Origin: Lytechinus pictus
Lineage: Eukaryota
Assembly (NCBI RefSeq): GCF_037042905.1
Contig: NC_087257.1
Span: forward strand, 15,748,001 to 15,812,000
Length of the DNA stretch: 64,000 bases
Reading direction: 5' to 3'
Shown: in pieces, positions 14,701 to 26,318 of the stretch
Numbering within the stretch: position 1 is the first letter of the stretch
How the letters are laid out: every line of letters starts with the position of its first letter
Notes under the pieces: model-generated
The model's input: only the letters and a program-made list of their open reading frames with translations
Database searches by the model: none
Told to the model about the DNA's origin: nothing
Program-made: the position numbers and the translations under genes

Positions 14701-17700
14701 TTCACACATGAATCTTGAATCATTATTGTAATGATAATTGCAATTCGTCTTTAGAATCGTCTGACCTTTCACACGCAAAATTTGTACCATAATTTGAGTG
14801 AAACTTAATTGGAATTCACCTCCAGAGTAGAATTTAAATTTGTGATTGTGATTAGCGTTTGTGATTGTAGTTTGATTTCACACGTGCTAAAAATTTGTCA
14901 CTAGCCTTATTTTTCACTGGAATCATCATTTGAATTATGATTTTTTTTACCATGCGAAAAAGGTGTGTTTCTGTGCGGCTGGCACTGGCAATTTAGGATT
15001 TAATGATGCTTTCAATAAAGAGAAGGCCAACAATAACCTAAACACCTATTCATCTATTCATAGTAACTTGCCACCCTTTCACACGGTAATTTTTTTTTGT
15101 AATTTGAATGATGATTCTAGTGAAAAATACGGCTAATGACGAATATTTAGCACGTGTGAAACCAAACTAGAACATGATTAGAATCACGAACGCTAATCAC
15201 AGTCACGATAACAATCGAAATCATCATTACAATGATGATTCAAGATTCACGTGTGAAAAGGCCCTTAGTGTTTCTTGAATAGACCTCCCTTCTATTCAGA
15301 GTACTCTGGGTACATCTGAATAGACTTCCTGTCTATTCATAACTTTGATGCCTCTTTTGCTGTATGAAAGTATCACCTTGTGTCATTCTTTTTTTACAAG
15401 CAAAGCTGGACAAGCTATTAGAATTGAACGGAATGAATAGAAGAGGTTATTGATTTTTTCCCCAATATAAATGGCCAATAGGTGAGTCTTGAGCATAATG
15501 TAAGCCTGTAACAAGTGTACAAAGTTATGTCTTGAACTTGTAGAAAGCTGTTGTAAAATGATTTCAATCCACAAGAACTTGTAGGCCTACATTGAAAATA
15601 AGAAGTAGGAGCCGTCCTAGTTCATCAGAATTTTTCCAAAGGCAATTAGAAATTACATTTATTTCTTGAATTACTTCAAATTAAAGGAGAATGAAACTCT
15701 TGGAGCAAGTTAGCTTTTGTGAAAGCAGAAAAATCAAAGAAGATCAACAAAAGTTTGAGTAAAATAGGACTAGCAATAACTTGCCACCCTTTCACACTAG
15801 CAATAGAAGAGTTATGAGCATTTGAATGTCGAGATCACTAATGCTATGGAGATCCTCCCATTGGCAATGCGACCAAGATCTATGATGTCACAGATGAACA
15901 ACTCTCCCCTTTTGGACACTGAAAATATACCCCAAAACATCTCTTTTTGCTCATTCTAATCATATGACAAAAGATTCGTCAATGATATAATGTTTTGAAA
16001 CCTCTGTACTTGTCCTCTCATAAAGAGAACACCTCACCTTGTGATAGACTCTATAAAAGTGAGAATATAAGTGAAATAAGTACTAAAGTAATGAGGGAGC
16101 TGTACGTGTGCGACATCACAGATCTTGGTCGCATTGCCAATGGGAGGATCTACATGGCATTAGTGATCTCAATATTCAAATGCTCATAACTTTCTTATTA
16201 TTCATTCAATCTTCCTCAAACTTTCAACAATATGTTTCTTTGATTTTTCTCTTTGATAATATATGGATTCAACTGGTTTCAAGGGTTTCATTCTCCTTTA
16301 AACAGCCTCTGTGTAAGGACACTGTATTATACAATGTGATGCGCTTTACACTAGTGCAGACCTGCCAGCCTCTGGGAATGAAAAAGTGTATTCTGTGATT
16401 AAAAAGTGTTTTTTCCCCAAAAAAGTGTATTTCATAATAAAATGTGTGGCGCACTCGCTCATCGCGGCGCTCAAGCTGCATACAAACAAAAATACGCACT
16501 GCTCTTGCAGATGAAAAAAACAAAACATTTAAACATGTGTATATCTCACCCTGGTTTTAACAAAATGATTGAAAAAAAAAGTTACCTGAAATTACATTGA
16601 TCTAATAACCATATTTGTGTAAGTTTTATGAAATAGAGACATATTGAGATGATTTTTCTCAATAAATTACGATTTTGTAAAAAAAAAAAAAAAAAAAAGG
16701 ATTCTTAAAAGCAATTTTGGTTGCAAAAACGTACTAAATACGCCAAAAACGTACTGGTTGGCAGGTCTGCTAGTGTATATTATTAAACATCATCCTTATA
16801 AGTTGGTTTTAGTAAAAGCAGAAAAATAAAGAAAAATATTGAAGATATCCATGATGGTGTAGGACTGTTATTTTGACATTTGGTTTCCTTTAATAGTTTA
16901 GTTATTCATAGTTCAAGCTTTAGTATTTAGTTCAGCTTTGTTTACATTCTTCGTGCTTCTGTTGTCATCCATTTACATTTGACTTTCAACCTACTCCTGT
17001 CATTCCTTTCCTATTCAGATGTGTTCATTCATTACATTCCCACATCTGATTCTTTTGTTCAACATTCTTATTATGTAATCATCCCAACATCTTATTCATC
17101 TCCATCCACTATCTCTTATTGGTAAATTTTAGGAATTAGACTTTTCCACTTTCAGTTGGCTTCTCCATTCTCTCTTTATTTTCATTGGTTGATTTTGTGT
17201 ATTTTAAATATATGCTAATTTTGTAATGCAATTATGAGTTTTACTGAGGCAATGAAGCCCAGCAAATAAAGCAGTGCACTACCAGACTTCATCGAGTTAA
17301 GTTCATTATTTTGTTCCTGTGTCTTCATAGTTAAGTTCCATCTTCTCCTCTCCATTTGCTTCTGTTTGATGTGTGATTGAGCTTCTATCCCTTCTTCAGT
17401 TAAACACTTAATTCCCTTAAAGTTGAATTAAGAAGGGGGTGAGTTTCCATAAATATAGGTTCTACACACAATATATAGTATATATAAGTTGTTCAAACAG
17501 ATAGCATGTCACAAAAATCCTCTGCCTTCTCGATATTTTGCTTTGAAAGTCTATGAAATTAGCCACCTGTCAGAGCCCGAGAGACGAGTGTACAGAAAAG
17601 TCACTCGGAGTGTGACGTCACCGGGGGGAATTTAGTATAGGAGGTGCCTGAATGTCATACAGAAATGCTATGCAGAGAGAGAAAGATATTTTACAATTTT

Positions 17701-20700
17701 TTTTCAAAGCAACTCAAATCAAACAAATAGGACTGATATGTACAAATCTTTACTTTCCTTGTATAAAAAACAGTATGAATAACCATCATGAACTCTTCAA
17801 TCATGATGTAAGATAGCAAACAGTGAGTTATTGAATGATATTTTCACTATTTCTCATTTATTTTATCACGATGTTCAATCAAGTGAATAGCTGGAAAGTA
17901 ATTCCGGCGGCTAGCTCAGCTCTCGCTCAGCGCGCGCTGAACGCATAATACTAGTACACACAACACCCAGGCATTGAGTGTACTGTTATGGTCTGGTATG
18001 TCGACTTAGTTCATGGCCGTGCAGCGATCCCCTGGCGTTTTTCTTCTTTTCTTTTGTCTTTGACTCCACTTTTATATCCTCTGGATCATTTCCACTCATA
18101 GCTCATTCCACAGAACAATCTTGAACCAAACATATTATTCTTTCTCGGCCTTCTGAGTTGTTTTCTATATTTAATTACGCTAGGGGTCACCGTCACACAT
18201 ACAAACGCAATTCGCAAGTGAGTTGAAGACAGAGAGATATATAGTTATTAGTATACATGTCTATGGTTGAAGACAACAAGAAAGGTATGCGGTACGGTAG
18301 CTCGACAGCTAGCTGCGCCGGAGCGGGCGGCCGGTCGGCACAAAGCAATTCCGCAACCAACTGTGTTTTTTTGCAAGAGCCGCGTCACACGCGGATAAAT
18401 ATGTCATAATAACACGTCTGCTACGTTATCGACTGGTGAGAAGATCTCGATCAAATTTCATATTATTCACCTTGAAATTATTCCTTTAGGGTCTATGGTA
18501 TCATTCTGAGGAAATTTACATGTTTGGAATAATAGTACTTTTAATCATTTCCTCTTTGCAAGTTCTATGGCTCGCAGATACAACTTCTACTGCAGTTATT
18601 CCATATGAAGGCGTACGTGCATAGTACACAAAGCGGCACTGCCTTACTACACCGGGACCGAATACCCCCCGGTGACGTCACACTCAAAGAACACCCGTCT
18701 CGGTAGGCATTGCAGGAGCGAACTCAGGGAAAATGGGTAGGGATAAATCGTTCAAATTCACTATTTTGAAAAAAGAAAATGGGGGGTCGAATCACCTCTT
18801 AGTGTTTGGGGGTTGTAAGGTTGCTATTAATGTAAAAATCTCAATATTTGGAATCGTCTTCTTAATTCAACTTTAAGACTTGTATTATTTTTAACTCCAC
18901 AACTGTAGGACTGTTATTTTGACATTTGGTTTCTTTAACAGTTTAGGTATTTTTAGTTCAAGCTTTGGTATTTAGTTCAGCTTTGTTTACATTCTTCGTG
19001 CTTCTGTTGTCATCCATTTACATTTGACTTTCAACCTGTTTCTCCTGTCATTCCTTTCCTATTCAGATGTGTTCATTCATTACATTCCCACATCTGATTC
19101 TTTTGTTCAACATCCTTATTATGTAATCATCCCAACATCTTATTCATCTCCATCCTCTATCTCTTATTGGTTATTTTTATGAATGAGACTTTTCCACTTT
19201 CAGTTGGCTTCTCCATTCTCTTTATTTTCATTGGTTGAATTTGTAAATATATGCTAATTTTGTAATGCAATTATGAGTTTTACTGAGGCAAGGAAGCCCA
19301 GCAAATAAAGCAGTGCACTACCAGACTTCATCGAGATAAGTTCAATTTGTTCCTGTGTCTTCATAGTTAAGTTCCATCTTCTCCTCTCCGTTTGATGTGT
19401 GATTGAGCGTCTGTCCCATCTTCAGTTGAACATTTATTTCCCCCTTAACCCTAAATAAACTGGGCTATTTTGATGCCTACGACTGGGGGGGGGGGGGGGG
19501 GGGGGGGCTGATTCAGCCCCCCCTATGATCTCGGCTGTCGACCCCGCGATCGCGAAGAAAATTGGCACGTGCATTACCCATGGCAAAATCTCCAAGACTG
19601 TAGTGTAGGATGAAATTTTCCGAAAAATCTCATAATTCATTAATTATGCTAATTTATGCGTAAAATCAAATATTTGCTCTAGTTAACTAAATAAGGCCTC
19701 TAAACTGCTAATCTTTTATTCACAGACTCTTTGAAGGATTCTGATCAAATGTACTTTAAAAAAAATTCAATATCACAATTCTTTTCTTATGTATTTTATT
19801 GTTTTTAAAATTTCTTATGTATTTCTTTGTTTTTTCGACTTTTTGTTTTTATTGTTTTTTCAATGGAAATCGTCCGCTACTTTATTCTGACCTTAAACAA
19901 GATAAAATTAATTGAGTTTGATTAGTAAAATTGAAAATAATGATACATTTATGAATTTTGGCTAAAAACACAATTTGCTTTGGATTTGTACACCAATTCA
20001 CGTTTTTGAGCAATTTCGGGTCAACATGCACTTACAAAATGTTGCATAATTTTGGAACCACGTACCCGGGCGTCGCAAATTTGGTCTCAAAAGTTGCGCA
20101 AGACTTGAAAGAAAAAAGTTATGGAACGGCGCAGCGCCAGCTTTTCGCGTTACAGATTTATCGCGAAAAATGTCGAGGGGGGGCTGAATCAGCCCCCCCC
20201 CCCCCAGTCTTTTTAGGGTTAAGACTTGTATTATTTTCAACCCCACAATAGAAAAAAATAACAAAATCACGAATTAGTAAGGTTTTTATTTTTTTATGTC
20301 ACAGACGAGCAGTTCCTCCGTATGTCGTGTGATAAACTGGAAATGCCAATTCCTTACAAAAATAAGAATCAAGGTGATTTTATTTGTGTGCAGGATACAT
20401 CATCAAACACATCTTTCCATACCCCATTCAATAAGATAATACAGAAGATGTTGATCATCGTGGTAGTATAGAATTGGTAAAGGAAATAATCTGTTGTCTC
20501 ACGATGTGGCAAACTGAAATTGCAATGTTTCGACTGCACCTTCTAGTCTTCGTCAGGCAATAAGGTGGACATGTGTGTGTATTTGAGTTTTGTCAGACGT
20601 GTATCAATCAGATATGATTATTTACGTCTGGGACCGACCTTTAGCGTCACCATCCGAAAGACGTGACCAGGGCTCGAACCTCGAACCTCTGCATCAATTT

Positions 20701-21867
20701 GTAACTTCCCCAAAGCTTGGATTACAGGCAATCCTTGGATTACAGGACAATCGCTGCATGCGCCTTTTATACTGTAAGCTGCGTGCTGTCGGTGCCGGAA
20801 CCGCCGCGCTATGATTGGTCGGAGCAACTGACCAATCAGAAGCCACGAGGAGCGATCGCTGGTGGGCATGCAGACGTAGGGGAAATCCCGACGGCTGCAG
20901 GCGGTCTCGATGAGTATCGGGCGGTCGTAGGGGGCACATGCCGGCGAATGGTCGGAAGCCATTCCTCGGGGATGTAAATGCCGTTATCCCTGTTAACATT
21001 ATTCGGATGTAGGCGGATTGGATAGCCTATTTAACACGCCGTGTGTACCAATGCTTATCCCGCGCTATGCAGCTTACCACGTCCCAATTGGGAGGGCGAT
21101 CTGCATTCCAAGCATGCTCTGCTACTGCTGAACTATCTATGCGCCGGTGCTTGACATCACGGCGATGTTCTAGCATTCTTTCGCTAATGGGTCTGCCCGT
21201 GTCCCCGATATATACCTTGTCACAAGCCACGCATGGTATCTTGTAGACAACGCAATCGAGTCTGCTGGGCAGCGCGGGATCTTTGGGGCGCACTAGCTGT
21301 TTACGGATGGTAGTATCGGAAGAAAGATAATATTATGTATTATTATTCACATTCCATTTAACAAAATGAAATTTATGGAACTGAACATTGCGTGATGAAT
21401 GTTGGGAGCTGCTTGCATGTGGTGCCCACAATTGAGAAGTTAAAAAACAATCATGTCTCTCCTTCTTTGACGGATTTTCATCAAACGTTCACCATTATTT
21501 GTCAGTTTCTATCAAAATCAAAGTCATATTATCAGGGTAAACTTCCCCTTGAATTGATGATTCGTAAAATGTAGAAGGGTGCGCAGCCCCCCCCCCCCAA
21601 CCGGTTCATGCCTTCTCACCTTCCTTCATCTTCCACAGCAGGGACTTCAACATCAAGCTGCTGAAGAACGTCCTCCGCTGCTGACTGCTTGGCAACCTTC
21701 TTGCTCGACCCCTGCCCGTTACCAACGACATCCCCCGCAGTGCAGCGAATGGTGAATTTTGGCTGGTGGGACGCCCCCTCCTGGCCAATGGTGTCGTAAA
21801 CCGGTGTCACTCCCTTCTTGGCGCAGAGTTCCTGTAGGATACTCACTGGGGTTTTGCAGTTAGCCAT
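8439..21867 (-). CDS. TARBP2/PRKRA: dsRNA-binding protein with three dsRBDs (TARBP2/PRKRA-PACT/Loquacious family, Dicer cofactor); join complement(21620..21867,13030..13181,12028..12140,9340..9448,8439..8731), 304 aa
   Basis: Exons splice in frame with GT-AG (248+152+113+109+293=915 nt). dsRBD1 KTPVSILQE..HQPKF..GSSKKVAKQSAA, dsRBD2 NPVGELQE..GPPHNRRF..SKRLAKRAAA, C-terminal type-B dsRBD QCFVRLHTAPVTVC..ASHNALQYLKVMA like PACT/TRBP. Cannot tell TARBP2 from PRKRA; likely co-ortholog. Confidence 0.93.
9340..9448 (-). CDS. TARBP2/PRKRA: Coding exon 4 (linker between dsRBD2 and dsRBD3)
   Basis: QKHPKMPGPHRLAIKNLPQAEGNFIRSLKMNALNFP; strong donor CAG|GTAAGT; phases 0/1 fit; in-frame alternative acceptor 6 nt downstream possible. 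Confidence 0.8.
9596..9885 (+). mobile_element. tRNA-derived SINE (intronic)
   Basis: Same head and core as 889 copy; (TAT)n tail. Confidence 0.85.
10851..11134 (-). mobile_element. tRNA-derived SINE (intronic, inverted relative to 9596 copy)
   Basis: Reverse complement of A/B boxes and core. Confidence 0.85.
11170..11331. mobile_element. Harbinger-like MITE with TAA TSD
   Basis: About 38-bp perfect TIR TACCTTGGTCACATTTGATCTACGGCGGCCGTACGGCGAG; TAA both sides. Confidence 0.8.
12028..12140 (-). CDS. TARBP2/PRKRA: Coding exon 3 (dsRBD2 helix 2 and linker)
   Basis: Polypyrimidine tract + cag; (G)VDQSKRLAKRAAATTMLEVL..RKPK; donor GTATTG. Confidence 0.9.
13030..13181 (-). CDS. TARBP2/PRKRA: Coding exon 2 (dsRBD2 N-terminal part; not in the ORF track in this frame)
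   Basis: cag|G TCT CTG.. translates SLKDNPVGELQELVTLLGWRKPEYDALEESGPPHNRRFVIAVSVDKYKEQG; donor GTTTGT; phases 2/1 fit neighbours. Confidence 0.92.
14694..15264. mobile_element. Palindromic Harbinger-like MITE
   Basis: GCCTTTTCACAC.TGAATCTTGAATCAT..ATGATTCAAGATTCACGTGTGAAAAGGC. Confidence 0.65.
15685..16297. mobile_element. Kolobok-like non-autonomous element
   Basis: TTAA|AGGAGAATGAAAC..GTTTCATTCTCCT|TTAA with internal inverted blocks. Confidence 0.8.
16357..16769. mobile_element. hAT-like MITE with 6-bp TSD
   Basis: CTAGTG|CAGACCTGCCA..TGGCAGGTCTG|CTAGTG. Confidence 0.75.
17421..18872. mobile_element. Kolobok-like non-autonomous element
   Basis: TTAA|AGTTGAATTAAGAAG..CTTCTTAATTCAACT|TTAA; internal inverted GTGTGACGTCACCGGGGG. 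Confidence 0.8.
19449..20218. mobile_element. piggyBac-like non-autonomous element
   Basis: TTAA|CCCTAAA..ACTGGG ... CCCAGTC..TTTAGGG|TTAA; subterminal GGGGCTGA.TCAGCCCC palindromes. Confidence 0.82.
20521..20562 (-). ncRNA. Degenerate minimal hammerhead ribozyme motif of the Penelope element
   Basis: Minus strand ATTGC-CTGACGA-AGACT..AGTC-GAAA-CATT-GCAAT: core boxes, stem II GACT/AGTC, stem I ATTGC/GCAAT. Confidence 0.65.
20521..21320 (-). mobile_element. Penelope-like retroelement 3' remnant (GIY-YIG endonuclease, pseudogenised)
   Basis: RPKD..VVYKIPCVACDKVYIGDTGR..RMLEHRR..SAVAEH; stop at the conserved KEA position; downstream NRD.G motif. Confidence 0.9.
21620..21867 (-). CDS. TARBP2/PRKRA: Coding exon 1 (start codon, dsRBD1)
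   Basis: gccATGg Kozak context, in-frame TGA upstream, acceptor tttcag at 21895-21900, donor AG|GTGAG at 21619, phase 2. Confidence 0.93.
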
Positions 21868-24085
21868 GGCGATCAGTCTGGATCATGCAATCACCTGAAA
21901 CAAATTGAGATACATTACACAAACTTTTACAATATTGTTGAATACACATCAGAATGGTCAGAATGAGTAAATAATAGGCTATCATACTACCAATAATGGT
22001 GAACTTGCATATTGCAATGAAAAAAGAGCACTTACAATAAATAGAAAAAAGGGGGAAAATGGCTAATTCCACTACAAGCAACGGATTAATCACAACATCG
22101 AGGTTGGTATAGACTACAGACATTCAACACTGTGCAATTAATTTTCTTCAATATTAGGGTCTACATAGATCTACCGTAAGTAATGGTCTATTAACGCACC
22201 TTTTCCTCAGCGGGATAGAAGCAAAAGTTGGGGGTGCGGTTTATAGTCTGTTACTTATGGTAACTTTTTATCTCTAAATTAACTCTTCTAGTAGTCATGC
22301 AAATTGGTTGGTTTAATCACCAATCGACAAACAAAAGTAAAATAACTGAATGTAAACAATGTCTGGAAAACCATTTCCCACTGGCAAATCCTGAAATTAA
22401 ACATATAAAAATGCATTTCATTGCGAATCGCTAAACCAAGAGTTTTCAGGAACCGTGAGAAAAATTGGGCAATGCTTATGATGCCTTGTCATGGAAAGCA
22501 GTACACAGTCATCATGGTCATACGTGGCTCATCACTGGGCCCGATCACTCGGATCAGCCGGAGATCAAAACACTGCCTGGCTTCTATTGTCTGGCTGGTG
22601 ATCAGCTCAATGATTGCGCATAAAATTACTCTTCAAACACCTCCTGCATCATTCGTGGCTTGTGAACTAATGAGAAGCATGAGAAAATGATGTACGACTT
22701 GGTTTATTAAAGTCCAAAAGGGTCTCAAATAAGCCTTAGCGGGAAAATAGGAGGAGTGCAGAAAAAAACCCTAGAAAAACCCCAAAGGGAATGGCCGAGC
22801 AATCGACCATGATGATCAAGGCAAGAACAAAATGAATAAAGGGGAATGGACAAGCAAGGATACCATATCCCAGGCCATACATTCAGGGGCGCTATTCAGT
22901 TGCGCACTGGCCACTTATCAGGATACCTCACCACCAGTAATTGTTCACAAATGTAATTTCAAGTGATCCAATCACATTTCAAGGTCATTACGCCCACCAC
23001 TTTTCACCATAGGTTTTCTGAAAAAAGGAATTTTTAATCAATTTTCATCAAATTTCATTGCCTGCATGTTCTCCTTCCATCTAGCAACCGAAGCGGCCAA
23101 GCCAAATCGCAAGGCAGCACACGCCTAGTATGAGTAGAGGCGCTGGTCAGAAATTGGGAACGTTCCAGTTTACAGCCTAGTACAGGGACTGTCACAGTTT
23201 TCAAAGATTTCTCCACACAAGAAATCTAGGAAAGTTCATTCTCCTGTCAAGTGCCGACAGCAATCAAGTGCGCCTTGTCGCAGTAGACAGCTGCACATTA
23301 TTTTTTTAAAAGAGTGCCCCTTACGATAGTAAGGCATTATTTTGTTTAATTTTTGATTTTTTTATACATATTTTGTTAAATAGCGCTTTTTACGTCAATT
23401 ATGAAATTACTATCACAGAGTATGTTTTAATTGTAGTGATGTATAAAATATCATACAATATTTTATTCTATATATATTTCATAATAAAATTTATAATTAT
23501 TGACGTCTTACAAGAAGGATAAGCGACTGATCAGGTGACGAGTACGCGTATCACGTGATCTGAAAATCAGCTTCGATTGCACTCCACGGTGACCAGACCA
23601 GACCTGCTAACCTCCGGGAATGAAAAATTGTATTCCTTCGATAACAAAAACTATATTCCCCCCAAAAAAAAATTCATTAAAAAAAATGCGCGGAACACGC
23701 AAAGGGGGGGGGGGGAATTGTCCTCCCCTCCCACAGTAGGGACCTTTTTTTAAAGCTGGAAAAAGGGTCATTTCTTGCATGTTTTGTCATTTCTTCCACA
23801 CATGTCAATCAAAAACTAATAATATCATACAATAAAAATACTAAGTTCATTGACCTTAAAATATCCTTTGACCTTAATCAGATGGCCTGAAACTCATGCA
23901 AAATTATGAGTGATAATTGATTACTCTAATGTCTGAGTTTCATGAACCAATATAAAACTAACTTTTTTTACTTTCAAAGTTGTGACATTTCAAAAACTTA
24001 AAAAGATTTGTGAAAATTGTTCAGATATTCTGAAGAGTCGATCAAGTACTGCCTTCACATAAATTGTGATTCACATGTAGCTTAC

Positions 24086-24420
24086 GCTAGACTCCATTTG
24101 CACAACACGGCCACGGAGCCAGTGCAGTGCAGCAGCGCGATCATCAGGGCAGGCAAGTCTTATCTTATTGAATGGATATTGTGCGCCCCTCGATCACCAT
24201 TATCCGCCATCTTACTACCCCACAATACATCGCCGTATACATAATGTTGGAACAACAATTACATGTACAGCAGCCACGTGTTTTTATAGGACACAAAATG
24301 GCGGCAGACCGTTTATTTGCGGCGTCAGGGCCCGCGTCAGGGACTGTGGGGCGTTTAGCGTGTCAGTTTGCGGAAGTGCCGATCTATGCCAGTGCCACTG
24401 AGCTTCGAAATCGCTTTATA
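24086..24420 (-). promoter_or_regulatory. Probable promoter and non-coding first exon of the dsRBP gene
   Basis: CpG-rich patch with YY1-type motifs in both orientations (CCGCCATCTT 24204-24213; AAAATGGCGGC 24295-24305) and a minus-strand donor GTAAGC at 24085. TSS not determinable. Confidence 0.5.
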
Positions 24421-24531
24421 GTATGGAACGCCAAAATCGCAAATATATTTTTTTTAACGTAAAAAACATATATTTCTTAACTTGAAAAATAATATTAAAT
24501 TACAGAAAAATCGTATGCCCGTATTTTAATT

Positions 24532-25670
24532 AACAAGTGGAACGCCTCTGGCAGTCTCGCCTGCATTACGCGATTTAATATAGCAGCAGTGCTAACTTTG
24601 AAAACTACTATAAAATAATCATTCACAAAAACTCCATTCATATAATGACATAATACCACGTTCATTGACCATAAATGACATTTGAACGGTGACTTAAGAC
24701 TTGTCAACTACATCCATGTCCACATTTCAATCACTCTATCTATAAACTTTCAAAGTTATGATGGCAATTCAACAATTACCCCAACATGGCCTAAGTTTAT
24801 TGACCTTAACTGACCTTTGACCTTGTGACCTGAAACTCACAGGGGATGTTCAGTGATACTTGATTACTCTTATATCCCAAGTTTTATGAACTAGATCCAT
24901 AAACTTTCAGAGTTAGGATGGTAATTTAACAAATACCCCCAACACGGCCAAAGTTCATTGACCTTTAATGACCTTTGACCATGGTCATGTGACCTGAAAC
25001 TCGTACAGGATGTTCAGTGATACTTGATTACTCTTATGTCCAAGTTTTATGAACTAAATCCGTAAACTTTCAGAGTTAGGATGGTAATTTAACAAATACC
25101 CCCAACACGGTCATGTGACCTGAAACTCGCACATGATGTTTGCTAATACTTGATTAACCTTATGTCCAAGTTTCATGAACTAGATCCATAAATTTTCAAA
25201 GTTATGATAGTAATTCAACAAATACCCCCAACTTGACCAAAGTTCATTGACCCTAAATGACCTTTGACCTTGGTCACGTGACCTGAAACTCGAGCAGGAT
25301 GTTCACTAATACTTGATTGACCTTATGCTTAAGTTACATGAACTAGGTCCATATACTTTCTAAGTTATGATGTCATTTCAAAAACTTAACCTTCGGTTAA
25401 GATTTTGGAAATAATTCTCATAACATGGTCAAAGTTCATTGACCCTAAATGACCTTTGACCTTGGTCATGTGACCTGAAACTCAGGCAGGATGTTTAGTA
25501 ATACTTGATTAAACTTATGTCCAAGTTTCATGAACTAGGTCCATATACTTTCTAAGTTATGATGTCATTTCAAAAACTTAACCTTAGGTTAAGATTTGAT
25601 GTTGACGCCGCCGCCGCCGTCGGAAAAGCGGCGCCTATAGTCTCGCTCTGCTATGCAGGCGAGACAAAAA
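24532..25670 (-). mobile_element. Helentron-associated interspersed element (HINE) with internal tandem array
   Basis: Minus strand begins TTTTTGTCTCGCCTGCAT..GCGAGACT (subTIR + hairpin) and ends GCAGGCGAGACT..CCACTTGTT; several internal units with TGACCTTTGACCTT. Confidence 0.75.
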
Positions 25671-26318
25671 TCATACTAAATACGGGAAAATTGTACTGGT
25701 TGGCAGGTCTGGCAGACCAACTGCCAAGAAAAGCTGGAAATAGGACTCAAATGTAAGTTTCCCTTTATTTCATTTTCTATATTTAAAGTAATGCCAAAAT
25801 GAGTAATAACAATTAAAAATTAAAGCAATCATAAAAGGAAAAGGAACAGACCTGCACACAACTCGTATTTAGTGATATCACTAAATACTTGGGTATTTAG
25901 TGATATCACTAAATACTTGGGAAGTTGGGTGCAGGGAAACCGGTATTAATGCGGTATTGTCCCCTAACGTTAGTATGAGGTCCATATATGTTAATGTTTG
26001 GACCTCATATTGGTCATATGTTGGTACTTGGTACTACTAGACTAGGAGTGGCAAGGGTCAGGGGTAAGTGAAAAAAAAACTGTCCCCATAAACAGGGACA
26101 ATCTCAATAACATGAATAAGGCATGATTTGTCATGTTTTATGAATATGAGGATATCCTTGTTTTCTGGGACAATCCCACTCACTCTATGAACAAGGTTAT
26201 GGTAATATAACATTGGGACAATCCCAATGTTTGGACCAGCGCCTCTTCTGACGCCAGTCATTTTCAAAATATTCAATTTCATTCCCTCACCATACACTGC
26301 CATATTTCGGCGCTAGTG

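Larger units (their letters stand above)
16858..20247 (+). repeat. Tandem pair of about 590-bp LTR-like units (16858-18901 and 18904-20247), each interrupted by a TTAA transposon
   Basis: Both start TGTAGGACTG and end CCACA (TG..CA), contain AATAAA, are separated by AC; high but imperfect identity. Confidence 0.75.
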
